From: an uncultured delta proteobacterium
Lineage (GTDB): Bacteria > Desulfobacterota > Binatia > Binatales > Binataceae
Assembly: GCA_963711565.1 (NCBI GenBank)
Contig: CAVQEQ010000003.1
Coordinates: 1,312,001-1,376,000 of the forward strand
DNA: 64,000 bases
Direction: 5' to 3'
In this document: piece after piece, positions 38,552 through 49,136 of the stretch
Layout: every line of letters starts with the position of its first letter
Numbering within the stretch: the stretch's first letter is position 1
Position numbers and translations under genes: made by a program
The notes under the pieces: generated by a model
What the model was told of the DNA's origin: nothing
What the model saw: only the letters and a program-made list of their open reading frames with translations
Databases searched by the model: none

Positions 38552-38663
38552 GTACGAGATTAATCCCGCCCGCCCCGCGTTGCGCAAGCGGCCGCGTAGC
38601 GTTCTTCAGGAACCAACATCGCAACGATGCCGGGAGGCGACAGGGCCTACGGTGATCTCCTCC

Positions 38664-40172
38664 TTAGAAGAAGGACGCCTGTCGAGAGTGGTGAGGCGCG
38701 GCGGCGACAAATTGCTCATAGTCCTGTTCACGTCCGAGCATAGCCGCAAGCTTGTGGAGACTAAGGCGATGTAGAACTTCGACCGTAATAGGACGCTTCT
38801 CATCCCAATGAATCATGGAATGAAGAAATCCTTGCGCCGGTTCAGAGTGAAGCAAGGCTTCGACAAAGCAGGCTTCTTCTTCCGACCAGCACGGCAGGAA
38901 GTAAATAGTGTCGTCGAAGACAACAGGACGGCCTCTGACTGGGCCAACCTTCACGAAGCAGAGCTTCTTGTAGAAGCCGGAGATAGCGATTTTCCACGGT
39001 GCGAAAGTGTAGGGTCCGACCCCAAAAACCGAGAAGGCAGGCTTGTTCTTATAGATGGAACTTCCGCGCTTATGGAGTAGCGCAGCATGCCGTTTGAGAT
39101 AATTCCATGTTTCTGGCGCCTTCATCCGAATATGGCTGGTATCGTCGCCGACGCGCTCTTGAGTAACCACCATCACGCGCCGACATCTGATCCGGCCGTT
39201 GCCTATGTCAGAGCTTTTCAGCATCGGGAATAAGATGGCATCTTCGAGCGCCACAGTTTCACCCAGACCGTTTTGATAGCCCTGAGAGATTGTGTTGGTG
39301 AGCTCCATAACCTTGGAGCAGTCATGCTTGATACCGGAACGCCAGACATAGCGATTTTCCGGCCCGAGAAGGTCACGGTACTTCTTGAACGCCGCAACAT
39401 CAGAGATGATCTGGCCATCGAGGAAGCCGATTGTGCGCGAGCAGGCTTCAGACTCGAGGGTATCAAAAATGTCGCAGCTGAGAGTTTGGGCCTTGGGTTC
39501 GATTTCAAGGACGAAAAAGCACGCATCGACTGCCGCTCCGAAATGCTCAAGGGCATCAATCTCATAGATCCGGGCAGAGCGGAGCGAGTCCCCACCCTTT
39601 CCCCATACGTGCAGCAGTATCTTGCGAGCGACCGCCGTTTTGCAGAGCACCGCAATCGCACCAGCTTTGCCTTCCAGCCAATCCAGGTAGCGAAGGATCA
39701 TCCACTCGGAGATGTCGAAGTTACTCTTTCCAGTTATAGCCTCGATTCCTTGTCGCCCCTGGAAGTTGGACTTTGCCGGCAGATTGTCGCTTTCGATAGC
39801 GCTCAGATTTGAATTCGTGACCCAAGGTGGATTGCCGACGATGAGCCAAGGCTCCCCAACCTCGGTGACGACGCTCGTCCAATCAACCTTGAAAAAGTTC
39901 CCATGCCTCATCTCGACGCCGCGTCCATTTGTAGCCACATTGGAGGCGATATACTCACGATTGATGTCGATGCCAATGATCGATTGGGCATCGGGGAAGA
40001 TGGCAGTGGCGGCGGCGATGAACGCTCCTCGCCCACAGGTCGGCTCCAGGATCGAACGCGGTCGAATGCCCAGGTGGTGGAGGACCCGAGTAGCGGCTAG
40101 CGCGAGCGCTGGAGGCGTCTGGAAGTCCCCGAACTCCGTGACAGCCCTGCTTTTGCGTTCTTTGACCGCCAT
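38664..40172 (-). CDS. Type II amino-DNA methyltransferase (gamma class, probably N6-adenine)
   Basis: GDFQTP (motif X), LEPTCGRGAF (motif I), IVGNPPW (motif IV); ATGA overlap with the upstream nuclease. Confidence 0.88.
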   Translation of the reverse strand: MAVKERKSRAVTEFGDFQTPPALALAATRVLHHLGIRPRSILEPTCGRGAFIAAATAIFPDAQSIIGIDINREYIASNVATNGRGVEMRHGNFFKVDWTSVVTEVGEPWLIVGNPPWVTNSNLSAIESDNLPAKSNFQGRQGIEAITGKSNFDISEWMILRYLDWLEGKAGAIAVLCKTAVARKILLHVWGKGGDSLRSARIYEIDALEHFGAAVDACFFVLEIEPKAQTLSCDIFDTLESEACSRTIGFLDGQIISDVAAFKKYRDLLGPENRYVWRSGIKHDCSKVMELTNTISQGYQNGLGETVALEDAILFPMLKSSDIGNGRIRCRRVMVVTQERVGDDTSHIRMKAPETWNYLKRHAALLHKRGSSIYKNKPAFSVFGVGPYTFAPWKIAISGFYKKLCFVKVGPVRGRPVVFDDTIYFLPCWSEEEACFVEALLHSEPAQGFLHSMIHWDEKRPITVEVLHRLSLHKLAAMLGREQDYEQFVAAAPHHSRQASFF

Positions 40173-40825
40173 CACGTAATCCGCTTGATACCAGAAACCG
40201 TCCCCGCCTTCTGGATCGCACGGCCATACTGAAGCCGCCACTGATAGGCGTTCGAGATGGTCATGTAACCCTGCTCAGGTTTCTCACGGAGGAGCTGGTC
40301 CGCTATCTTTCCGGCTTCGATGTCGTCGATGAGAAGATTCTTGTCCAGCATGAACGCAATCAAGTCTTCCGCATTCCCGTCACGCTCGATGATCTCGCGC
40401 AATCCGCGCGTCATCTGGTAGTCGCCGGTGCGCTCTTTTTCGATGAAGATCGTGTGCCGAATGTTGAGTCGTGCGGTTTTACGCGCACGATTGTCAGACT
40501 TCTCGTAAACAAAGACAATCAGGTTATACCCGAGGCCGTATATCTTCTGCCGCGGATCCTTGAAGGGGCTGGAAGACTGCGGCTGCTTGATGCTCGTCAC
40601 CTTAATATCGACATTGATGCTCGGAATATCTATCCCCGATGCTGAGTTGCCACCCACGAAGGAGTATTTGTCCATCAGGTGCGCGACGAACTTATGCTCA
40701 AGGTAGGTCCCTACTGTCTTTCCGTTATCGATCCCGAAAAGCGACGGCTCATTGTGGCTGCTCTCCGCCACTGCAAATAGGGCCGCTTCCGCAAGGAGGA
40801 TATCGATCGTCAAGGCGGTGTTCAT
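40172..40825 (-). CDS. Type II restriction endonuclease (PD-(D/E)xK)
   Basis: GTYLEH...GIDIPSINVDIKVTS; coupled to the methyltransferase; less GC-biased codons than neighbours. Confidence 0.8.
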   Translation of the reverse strand: MNTALTIDILLAEAALFAVAESSHNEPSLFGIDNGKTVGTYLEHKFVAHLMDKYSFVGGNSASGIDIPSINVDIKVTSIKQPQSSSPFKDPRQKIYGLGYNLIVFVYEKSDNRARKTARLNIRHTIFIEKERTGDYQMTRGLREIIERDGNAEDLIAFMLDKNLLIDDIEAGKIADQLLREKPEQGYMTISNAYQWRLQYGRAIQKAGTVSGIKRIT

Positions 40826-40947
40826 CGCTGCCGCCGCTTATTTGCCGTTCATAATCGCTCAAGTCCGCCTGGGGACCTGTCTCTGTCCTGTCAGCAAAAG
40901 CATATTCTTGCCCCAATTTGGACACTACTAGCCGTGACGATCGATTG

Positions 40948-41760
40948 TTACCCAGCTATCGGGTGCGACTTTACGAACGGCACGAATATTTTCAGAAATT
41001 CTTCGCGCGCATCCATGAACGCGTGTCCGACGTCGGGGATGATGTGCAATTTAGCACCCGGTATCTGCGACGCGATTATTTCCGAGTTCTTCGCCGGGAT
41101 TAGCACGTCCTCGGCACCGGTCACGACCAGGGTCGGCGCCTTGATTTGCGGCAGGCGCTCGTAGGTCTTCAGCGTGTAGGTCGCTTCGAGCTGGCGTTGG
41201 AACGCGTACGGCGGGGTCGGATACTCGAGCAGGCGCGGAATCGCGGCCTCGAGCACATTGCGATGCTCGGCGATGTACTTCGGCGTATGCCCGAGCGGCC
41301 ATCCGCGCCGAATCACCTCTTCGGGAGAAACACCTTCGCGCGGCGCGGTCAGAATTTTCAACGATTCAGGCGGCGGCGGCACGCCATGGGTCCCGCCAGC
41401 CGTGGTGCATCCGAGCGTAAGAGTCGCGGTACGCTTCGGGTGCCGCAGCGCAAACTCCTGCGCGATCATCCCGCCCATCGAGACGCCGAAGACATGTGCC
41501 CGTGGAATGTCGAGCTGGTCGAGCACGCCCGCCGCGTCATCGGCAAACATCTCGATCGAATACGGCGCGTCGGGCTTGTCGCTCTGACCGGTGCCGCGAT
41601 TGTCGAACGTGATCACGCGAAACGTGCGCGAGAGATCGGTTACCAGCTCCGGATCCCACATCGCGGAGCTCGCGCCGAGGCCCATGATCATCAGGAGCGG
41701 CTCGCCATTGCCGGCCATGTCGTAGTTGAGTTTCACTCCGCCGACTTGAATCTTTGGCAT
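40948..41760 (-). CDS. Alpha/beta hydrolase
   Basis: FDNRGTGQS, GVSMGG, GAED, GH. Confidence 0.92.
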   Translation of the reverse strand: MPKIQVGGVKLNYDMAGNGEPLLMIMGLGASSAMWDPELVTDLSRTFRVITFDNRGTGQSDKPDAPYSIEMFADDAAGVLDQLDIPRAHVFGVSMGGMIAQEFALRHPKRTATLTLGCTTAGGTHGVPPPPESLKILTAPREGVSPEEVIRRGWPLGHTPKYIAEHRNVLEAAIPRLLEYPTPPYAFQRQLEATYTLKTYERLPQIKAPTLVVTGAEDVLIPAKNSEIIASQIPGAKLHIIPDVGHAFMDAREEFLKIFVPFVKSHPIAG

Positions 41761-41770
41761 TTCGATATCC

Positions 41771-42205
41771 TCACTTGTTAACGCAAAATCCTCGCTTCTT
41801 CATATACTCGACCGAGTTATCGGTCAGCGGCGACTCCGGCGTGGCGTCGGCCCGTAAGACCGAAGTATGTTGCGGATCGTAATAGCACATCAGCTTGATA
41901 GCCTGGCCCGCGGGAATTTGAAATTCGATTGAATCGGGAAGATTGGGCGGTCCGTAGGAAGGCATCGGCATTGTCGCCTTCTGCTCCGCCGGCGGCGCTG
42001 CGGTCTCTCCTTCGTCCTGGCACATCTTGATCGCGTCGATGCGGCAACTGCCGGGCGCGGCCGGCGACATTTGCATGCTCGCCAGATTCATTCCCGGCGG
42101 TTGTTCCTCTTTGCTCGAGCACGACGCGGTACAAGTCGCGATCGCCACGAAAATCACCAGCGCCGCGATCCTCGCGATTCTCGACATGAACGGCTCCGTC
42201 ATCAT
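41771..42205 (-). CDS. Hypothetical lipoprotein
   Basis: Hydrophobic leader with TASC; four further Cys. Start may be downstream (MSRIA). Confidence 0.65.
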   Translation of the reverse strand: MMTEPFMSRIARIAALVIFVAIATCTASCSSKEEQPPGMNLASMQMSPAAPGSCRIDAIKMCQDEGETAAPPAEQKATMPMPSYGPPNLPDSIEFQIPAGQAIKLMCYYDPQHTSVLRADATPESPLTDNSVEYMKKRGFCVNK

Positions 42206-42215
42206 CAGGACCCGC

Positions 42216-43526
42216 TCAGGCTGCCGTCAACGCGACCGCGTTCACGTCGCCGCGCGCTCGCACCTCATTTCCAGCCTTGCGGCATCGAAGGATCAGCTCG
42301 CTGCGCGCGATGTAAGCGATCTCCTCGATCACGATTCCGTAGCGTGCGAGGATCTCGCGGAGCTGGTCCAGCGTGTAGTGGGTGATGTGCTGATCCTTGT
42401 ACCCACCGGGCATCAGGAAGCCGTAAATCGGTTCGATAATCCGCCAGCCAATCGTGGCGTAGTCGGGCGTGCCGAGGATAAGGGTGCCTCCGGCCCTGAG
42501 CACGCGATGCATCTCACTGAAAATCGACTCGTCGTATCGAATGTGTTCGATGACCTGCGAACTCATCACGCAGTCGAACGAACCGTCCTTGAACGGCAGC
42601 GCGAAGGCCGACCCGTTGACCAGCGGTATTTCGTAGCGGCGGAGAAAGCGCAGCTTTGCGTAGTTGAAATCCATGCCGACCACGTTGTTGAGGCTCTGCA
42701 CGATCAGGCTCGAGCCGCATCCGGCGTCGAGTACGCGACCCGCGCCGCGCGCCCATAGCACGGTGATACGGTGGCGGCGGCGTTGCCAGTAGCGCTGCGG
42801 TGGAATCAGGCTGTAGAAGGCGCGTTCGTCGTAGTCGGCGGACATAAGCGAGTTGCGGATTTTCCACAGCGAGATCGAAGAACGGAAGATCTTCCAGCCA
42901 AAGCTGAACAGCTTCGCGTGCGAGCGTCCGGCGCCGCGGGGAAAATACGTGAACGGAACCTCCACGACGCTGAATCCGCTGGCGTAGGCTTTGACCAGGA
43001 TTTCTTCCTGCACTTCGAAATTCGATGACGTAAGTTTCTGCTCGGCGAACACTTCGCGCCGGTAGAGGCGATAGCCGCTGGACATGTCGAGCACCGGTAT
43101 CGAGAGTATCCGCCGCAACATCTGGTTCAGAAACCAGCTAGTCGAGCGGCGGATGAAATCGGAATAAGCGACGCCGCCGAGGACGTAGCGCGACGCGACC
43201 ACGATGTCGCCGTGCTTGCGCGCCCGCCACATCTTGACGAAGAAATCGGGGTCGTGCGATTGATCGGCATCGAGCGTCAGTACGTAGTCGCCGCGCGCCT
43301 CTGCGATCCCGGTTTCCAACGCGCCCGCGTATCCGCGCTTGCGTTCGCCAACGACGCGCGCGCCGAGCGCCTCCGCCGTTTCGCGAGTGCCGTCGGTCGA
43401 AGGGCCGTCCACCACGACGATCTCATGGGTAAGCCGCTCGCGATCGAGCGCCTCGATGATCCTGGGGATCAGCACCCTCAGGTTCTCGGCCTCGTTCATT
43501 ACCGGCAGAACAACGGAAACGTCCAT
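42216..43526 (-). CDS. GT2 (DPM1-like) glycosyltransferase fused to a class I methyltransferase
   Basis: VVLPVMNE, VVVD, LDADQSH, DMSSGYR; then VLDAGCGS, LPFKDGSFD, VIEHI. Confidence 0.9.
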   Translation of the reverse strand: MDVSVVLPVMNEAENLRVLIPRIIEALDRERLTHEIVVVDGPSTDGTRETAEALGARVVGERKRGYAGALETGIAEARGDYVLTLDADQSHDPDFFVKMWRARKHGDIVVASRYVLGGVAYSDFIRRSTSWFLNQMLRRILSIPVLDMSSGYRLYRREVFAEQKLTSSNFEVQEEILVKAYASGFSVVEVPFTYFPRGAGRSHAKLFSFGWKIFRSSISLWKIRNSLMSADYDERAFYSLIPPQRYWQRRRHRITVLWARGAGRVLDAGCGSSLIVQSLNNVVGMDFNYAKLRFLRRYEIPLVNGSAFALPFKDGSFDCVMSSQVIEHIRYDESIFSEMHRVLRAGGTLILGTPDYATIGWRIIEPIYGFLMPGGYKDQHITHYTLDQLREILARYGIVIEEIAYIARSELILRCRKAGNEVRARGDVNAVALTAA

Positions 43527-43613
43527 GCGGGCTCAGTTTCCTTTATGCTCGAAGAAAAGGGAATATGCGGAACGTCGCGCGCCGGGCGCTCGCGTAGTAA
43601 TCTCTTGTGGCGG

Positions 43614-44867
43614 ATGAGGACGGGCGTGCGGAAAAAATCAATTTCAAAAATCATTGTGTTTGCGGCGATCGCTATGCTGACGGCGACCCCGTCCTTTGCG
43701 CGGGTCATCCACCGGCATCCTGTCCCGACGAAGCTCGCGCCCGAAGAAACGCCCGCAGTACCGCTGTCCGCGATTCACGTGCTCGGAGATAGACCGGCGC
43801 CGTTCGCCCTCGACGCAAGGGCCGCCTGCATGATCGACGCCGACACCGGCGCGGTGCTGTACGCGTACAACGAGCACGAGAAGATGCAGCCCGCCAGCCT
43901 CGCCAAGATCATGACGTTCTACATCTCCCTCGATGCGCTGAAGGCCGGCAAGATCGCGCCGACTACCAACGTCACGATCAGCGAGAATGCCTGGCGGCTT
44001 TCGATGAACGACACCGTCTCGCGGATGTTTCTCGGTGTGGGGCAGAAGGTCGCCGTCAACGATCTGTTGTTCGGTCTGATGGTGTCGTCGGGCAATGATG
44101 CCGCCGTGGCGCTCGCCGAATATCTCGGCGGCAGCACCGACGCGTTCACGGGGATGATGAATGACAAGGCCAAGGAAATTGGGCTCAAGGAGAGTCACTT
44201 CAACAACCCCGACGGCTTGCCCGACGAAGGCGAGTTCACCACCGCGGCTGACATGGTCGCGCTGGCGCACTCGCTCGTAACTCATCATCCGGAAGCGATC
44301 AAATACACCTCGGCCAAGGAATTCACCTTCGACAAAATCTCGCAGCCCAATTTCAACCGGCTGCTGCTCCACGACGCGCGCGTGACCGGAATTAAAACCG
44401 GCCACGTTGACGAAGCGGGCTATCACCTGGTCGCGTCGGCGTCGTCCAACGGGATGAATCTGCTGTCGGCCGTGCTGGGCGCGCCGAACGAAACTAAACG
44501 CATGACGGAATCCGAAAAATTAATCGACTGGGCGTTTCGCACTTTCGTCAGCTACCGGCCCGATCTGAAGAAGTCCGTACCCGCCGCGATACCCGTTCAC
44601 GACGGCGTCGCCGAAACTGTCGCTATCGGACCCGACGGCGACGCGGCGTTTACGCTCGGGCGCGGCGAAGAGACCAAGGTGACGGTTCAATTCGAGCCCG
44701 CGGTGAGGTACCTGGAAGCGCCCGTTCATCCAGGCGATTCGGTTGGAGATCTAACGGTCTTGCTCGCCGGCAAGCCGCAAGCGACGATTCCGATCGTAAC
44801 CAAAGCTGGAGTGGCTCGCGCGGGATTCTTCGGCCGCCTCGGTCAGAAGTTCAGCCGCATGCTCTAA
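43614..44867 (+). CDS. dacA: D-alanyl-D-alanine carboxypeptidase (S11)
   Basis: PASLAK (SxxK), SGN, KTG; signal peptide; PBP5 C-domain. Confidence 0.92.
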   Translation: MRTGVRKKSISKIIVFAAIAMLTATPSFARVIHRHPVPTKLAPEETPAVPLSAIHVLGDRPAPFALDARAACMIDADTGAVLYAYNEHEKMQPASLAKIMTFYISLDALKAGKIAPTTNVTISENAWRLSMNDTVSRMFLGVGQKVAVNDLLFGLMVSSGNDAAVALAEYLGGSTDAFTGMMNDKAKEIGLKESHFNNPDGLPDEGEFTTAADMVALAHSLVTHHPEAIKYTSAKEFTFDKISQPNFNRLLLHDARVTGIKTGHVDEAGYHLVASASSNGMNLLSAVLGAPNETKRMTESEKLIDWAFRTFVSYRPDLKKSVPAAIPVHDGVAETVAIGPDGDAAFTLGRGEETKVTVQFEPAVRYLEAPVHPGDSVGDLTVLLAGKPQATIPIVTKAGVARAGFFGRLGQKFSRML

Positions 44868-44877
44868 CCGCGCCGCA

Positions 44878-47800
44878 CTACGATTTTAATTCTTCGAGGA
44901 TCGCCTTCGCCTCGCGCAGATCGCTGGTATCGAATCCCTCGGTGAATAGCGCGAACACCGGCGCCAGAGCTGCGCGAGCATCGTCGCGCCTGCCGGTCTT
45001 CACCAGCAGCCGCGCCAGGCTCGACGCCGCGCGCAGCCGCCATGAGTTCGCGCCCTGACGCACTGCAATCTCGATCGCACCGCGGAAGCATCGCTCGGCT
45101 TCGGCGGCGCCGTCGGGACGCAGCAGCATCGCCTCGCCGCGGAGCCTGTGCACTTCAACCTCGAGCAGGCGATGGTCCTTTTGCTCGACCCGTCGCGCGA
45201 TCTCGTCGAGCGCGCGCAGACATTCGTCCACTCGTTTCATCGTGAGATACACTTCCGCCAGCATGATGAAAGAGAACGTGTAGATCAGGTCGGCGCCGCT
45301 TGCGGCAAGTTCCTCCACTGCCTCTTTCAGCATCGCGAGGCCGGACATCATCGCCGCTTCATCGCCACGAAATTCGCCCTCGCCGGCGACCGTGCGCGCC
45401 AGGCACATCTTTCCGGCCGCCAGCCAAAACGGCAGTCCATTTTCGCGCGACAGCTCGATCAAGGCCTCCGAACGGGGCCGCACCTCGTCGTACTCATGCC
45501 GGAAATGCATCAGCACGATCGCGTACAGGTTGGCAAACGCGACGCTGAAGGGACGGCGAAGCTGCACCGCCATTTCGTTTGCCTCGTCCATCCTGCGTTT
45601 CGCCTGGTCGGGGAATCCGGCCATATGCAGCGCCCACGCAAGATTGCAGCGTGACGGTGTGACCGGCGCCTGCATCATCCGCAGATAGCGCGGAAGATCG
45701 CCGTCGAAGCCTTTGGCGGCAATCTCCAGGTGTTCGCGCGCCGCGGGAAACTCGCCCATCCAGAGCTGCGAAGCCCCCATCGCGTTGTGCGCCACCGCCG
45801 ACGCGAGATCGGATTCCATGCGCCACGCCAACACGAGCAATCGATCCGCCAACAGGCGGCTTTCGCGCAATTGTCCGTTGGCGTGATCGAAGCTCCACAG
45901 CGACGCCAGCACGCCGAAGATCTCTGGCGTCTCACCGGCGCGGCGGCAAAGTTCCTGCGCACGCTCGATATTGGTCGCCAGCTCCGCCGACGAAAATCCC
46001 TGGACCGCGACCAGCAGCGGCCCCATCATCATCTGGATCTTCAGCTCGATCTGGTCGCGCTCCCGCGATTCCGGCATCGTCGCGATCAGCCGCAACGCCT
46101 CGCGCCCATACCCGATCGCGTCATTGTAGGCTGACCGCGCCCCGGCCTGCTCGGCCGCGCGGCGCAAATATTCGACCGCCTTGGGCGCGTTGGCGCTGCG
46201 GCTATAGTGATGAGCCAAATCAGCTACGTGATCGTCCAACGTCGCCGCGAAAATCTCCTCAAGCGCCGCCGCGGTGCGCTCGTGGATGACCCTGCGCCGC
46301 TGCATCAGCACCGAGTCGTAGGCGACCTCCTGCGTCAGCGCGTGCTTGAAGGTGTATTCGTTTTCGGGAAACGCCGGCTGTTCGTAGATGAACTCCGCCG
46401 CCTGCAGGTTCGACAACATTGGCGCAAGCGCGTCGTCAGGCTTGCCGACCACGCGCCGCACCAGGCCGATCGGAAATTCCTTGCCGATCACCGCCAGCGA
46501 TTGCAGCAGGTCCTTGTCCACCGCCGCGAGCTTGTCGATTCGCGCGGCCAGGATTCCCTTGACCGTCAACGGTATCTCGATCGACGTGAGCGGCTTCGCA
46601 ATCGACACCTTGCCGTCGCGGATCAGCACGCCTTGGTCGAACAGCACCTGCACCATCTCTTCCATGAAAAATGGATTGCCCTGGGTGCGCTCGATGATCG
46701 TCGCCTTCAACGAATCGAGCGCGATGTCGTCGCCCAACATCGCCGACAGCAGCTCGGCCGCGTTGTCGGCTCCCAGCGGATCGAGCCGCATCTGCGTGTA
46801 GTAGGTTTTGTTGCCCCAGTTGTGGCGATACTCGGGCCGATAGTTGACCATCATCAGAATTTGCGCGGTGCCGATCGAATCGGCGATCAGGTTCAGCAGC
46901 GCTTCGGACTCCGCGTTGACCCAGTGCAGGTCCTCGAAAATAAGAATCAGCGGCTGATTGAGGCTCTCGCGCACGATCAGGCTCTTGACCGCCTCGCGCG
47001 TGCGGCGGCGGCGGATCGAAGGATCCATCTCGTCGAGCCGCGCGTCGCCCGACGGAATTCCCAGCAGCGCAAACAGATGCGGCAGCGTATCCTCCAGCGC
47101 GCGATCGAGCGCAATCACTTTACCGGTGACCTTCTCGCGCCGCGTGCGTGCGTCGTCGCGATCGGCGATTCGAAAATAAGTCTTGAGCAGATCGACCACC
47201 GGCAGGTAGGCCGACGCTTTGCCGTGCGAGAACGAGAATGCTTCGAGCACCAGGCATTCAGCCTGCCGGCGCATCTTGAATTCGTAAAACAGGCGCGACT
47301 TGCCGACTCCGGCCTCGGCCATCGCCGCGACGATCTGCCCATGCCCATCGCGCGCCAGTTCGAGCGCCTTGTCGAGTTGCTCGAGCTCAGTGTGCCGTCC
47401 GACGAACTTCGACAGCCCGCGCGACGCCGACATCTGAAGGCGCGTCCGGAGCGGGCCGATCCCGATCACCTCATACACATTGATCGGATCGGTGACGCCC
47501 TTGATTCGCGCCGGGCCGAGCGGTTTCAGGTCGAAGTAGCCGGCCGTGAGTTTTTGCGTTTGCTCCGTGATGACGATCGAGCCGGTCGGCGCGAGGGTTT
47601 GCATACGCGCCGCCAGACTCATCGAATGCCCAATCGGCGTGTACTCGGTATGCGCGTCGTCGGTGCGAATCGATCGCACCACCACCTCGCCGGTGTTGAG
47701 TCCCACGCGAATCTCGACCGGCGGACTTCCCTGTGCGCGCAGGCTGGCCGAATATTTCGCCATCTCTTCCTGCACGCGCAGCGCCGCGTAAAGTCCGCGC

Positions 47801-48267
47801 TGGGCGTGGTCTTCATGCGCGAGCGGCGCGCCGAACAGCGCGAAGATTCCGTCGCCGGTGGATTGCACGATGTAACCGTCGTAGCGATGCATCGCGTCGA
47901 TCATCAGCTTCAGCGCGGGATCGACAATCGCCCGCGCCTCTTCGGGATCGAGCCGTTCCATCAGGTCCATCGATCCCTTGATATCGGCGAACAGCGCCGT
48001 CACGGTCTTGCGCTCTCCGCCCGACGCGTCCGCGGCAGCCTGCTCCAGTCGCACGCGAACCGCAGGCTCGACGACAGACGAAGGGAGTTTCGCACTCGCG
48101 GCAGCTTCGCGAGCCGGCGTCAGTGCGGCGCCGCACTCACCGCAAAATTTGAACTCAGGTGGATTTTCGAGTCCGCAGCGCGAGCATTTGTTCCGCATCG
48201 CAGTTCCACAACTGCCGCAAAACTTCATGCCGCCCGGATTTTCCGTCCCGCAACTCGAGCATCGCAT
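44878..48267 (-). CDS. Double zinc ribbon + adenylate/guanylate cyclase + AAA ATPase + TPR protein
   Basis: Four CxxC motifs; LFADIKGS, GDG, AEAGVGKS, FEDLHW, GNPFF, FKHALTQEVAY, FTEGFDT.DL. Confidence 0.93.
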   Translation of the reverse strand: MRCSSCGTENPGGMKFCGSCGTAMRNKCSRCGLENPPEFKFCGECGAALTPAREAAASAKLPSSVVEPAVRVRLEQAAADASGGERKTVTALFADIKGSMDLMERLDPEEARAIVDPALKLMIDAMHRYDGYIVQSTGDGIFALFGAPLAHEDHAQRGLYAALRVQEEMAKYSASLRAQGSPPVEIRVGLNTGEVVVRSIRTDDAHTEYTPIGHSMSLAARMQTLAPTGSIVITEQTQKLTAGYFDLKPLGPARIKGVTDPINVYEVIGIGPLRTRLQMSASRGLSKFVGRHTELEQLDKALELARDGHGQIVAAMAEAGVGKSRLFYEFKMRRQAECLVLEAFSFSHGKASAYLPVVDLLKTYFRIADRDDARTRREKVTGKVIALDRALEDTLPHLFALLGIPSGDARLDEMDPSIRRRRTREAVKSLIVRESLNQPLILIFEDLHWVNAESEALLNLIADSIGTAQILMMVNYRPEYRHNWGNKTYYTQMRLDPLGADNAAELLSAMLGDDIALDSLKATIIERTQGNPFFMEEMVQVLFDQGVLIRDGKVSIAKPLTSIEIPLTVKGILAARIDKLAAVDKDLLQSLAVIGKEFPIGLVRRVVGKPDDALAPMLSNLQAAEFIYEQPAFPENEYTFKHALTQEVAYDSVLMQRRRVIHERTAAALEEIFAATLDDHVADLAHHYSRSANAPKAVEYLRRAAEQAGARSAYNDAIGYGREALRLIATMPESRERDQIELKIQMMMGPLLVAVQGFSSAELATNIERAQELCRRAGETPEIFGVLASLWSFDHANGQLRESRLLADRLLVLAWRMESDLASAVAHNAMGASQLWMGEFPAAREHLEIAAKGFDGDLPRYLRMMQAPVTPSRCNLAWALHMAGFPDQAKRRMDEANEMAVQLRRPFSVAFANLYAIVLMHFRHEYDEVRPRSEALIELSRENGLPFWLAAGKMCLARTVAGEGEFRGDEAAMMSGLAMLKEAVEELAASGADLIYTFSFIMLAEVYLTMKRVDECLRALDEIARRVEQKDHRLLEVEVHRLRGEAMLLRPDGAAEAERCFRGAIEIAVRQGANSWRLRAASSLARLLVKTGRRDDARAALAPVFALFTEGFDTSDLREAKAILEELKS

Positions 48268-48297
48268 CGCAACTGAGTTTAGCTGCTCACTTTATTG

Positions 48298-48383
48298 AAA
48301 GTGAAACCCTCCGCGGGTTTCACGCTTCCTTCGGCAGGGGTGACCTCCTTCGGCAAGCTCAGGACAGGCTCTGCACCCGGTAT
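48298..48383 (+). repeat. Family A repeat, copy 3, with nested insertion
   Basis: Second hairpin interrupted by about 24 bp (CCTTCGGCAAGCTCAGGACAGGCT). Confidence 0.85.
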
Positions 48384-48439
48384 TAAGATAGCGAAGACGG
48401 ACCTAACTTCTCGTTGTGCGAGGAGAGGTCAGGATTGGC

Positions 48440-49126
48440 TCACCACTTCAGGCCCATCGCTTCGGTTAGGAACTTCATGAAAGGTGATCCGTCTGTGCAG
48501 GCTTTGGAAAATAGATCGAGGAACTCCGCCGAGCAGACTTCTTTGCGGGTGAATTCAGTGCCGCCGATGTAGTCCTTGCGCTTGATGTCTTCGATCATCG
48601 GATGGGCGGCGTCGTAACCTTTTGGCGGACGCGACAGCATGTCGCCCATCATTTCAAAGCGGGCTTTGAATCTTTTGTCGTTGATCGCGCTTTTCCATTT
48701 CGCGGGATGCGCTGCGATCGCGTCGCGGATTTTTGCGGTCGTCTCCGGCTGCGGATGCCATACGCCAACGCCGGCGAAAGCTTCGGCAGGCGAGAGCGAG
48801 AGGTAGAACGACGGCGAGCTGAAATGCATCCCGTCGCGATGACCGAAGGCCGCGGCCGCGTTGGTGCGATATGGAATCTTGTCGCGCGAAAAACGCAGAT
48901 TGCGGTAGATGCGCATCATCGATCCGCCGCTCGGGCGCGGGTCCGCCACGTAGCGCGGACTTATCTTGCTCAGCCGCGGCGCGAAATCCGCGATGAATGC
49001 GAGCATCGGCTCGCGCACATCATGCTCGTAGCGCGGCTTGTTCGGGATGAACCAGTCGCGATTGTTGTTGCGGCTCAGCTCCTCGAAGAAATCGAAAAAG
49101 CGCGGAGTGAAGTAGCGCGTCCCCAT
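48440..49126 (-). CDS. DUF2461 (TIGR02453) family protein
   Basis: NNNRDWF, RIYRNLRFSRDKIPY, PPKGYD..HP. Confidence 0.9.
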   Translation of the reverse strand: MGTRYFTPRFFDFFEELSRNNNRDWFIPNKPRYEHDVREPMLAFIADFAPRLSKISPRYVADPRPSGGSMMRIYRNLRFSRDKIPYRTNAAAAFGHRDGMHFSSPSFYLSLSPAEAFAGVGVWHPQPETTAKIRDAIAAHPAKWKSAINDKRFKARFEMMGDMLSRPPKGYDAAHPMIEDIKRKDYIGGTEFTRKEVCSAEFLDLFSKACTDGSPFMKFLTEAMGLKW

Positions 49127-49136
49127 CGCTCGCGAG

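Noticed and set aside
40905-40930. IS terminal repeat beside the R-M pair (GCCCCAATTTGGACAC)
   Set aside because: No matching partner found at the other boundary and no transposase.
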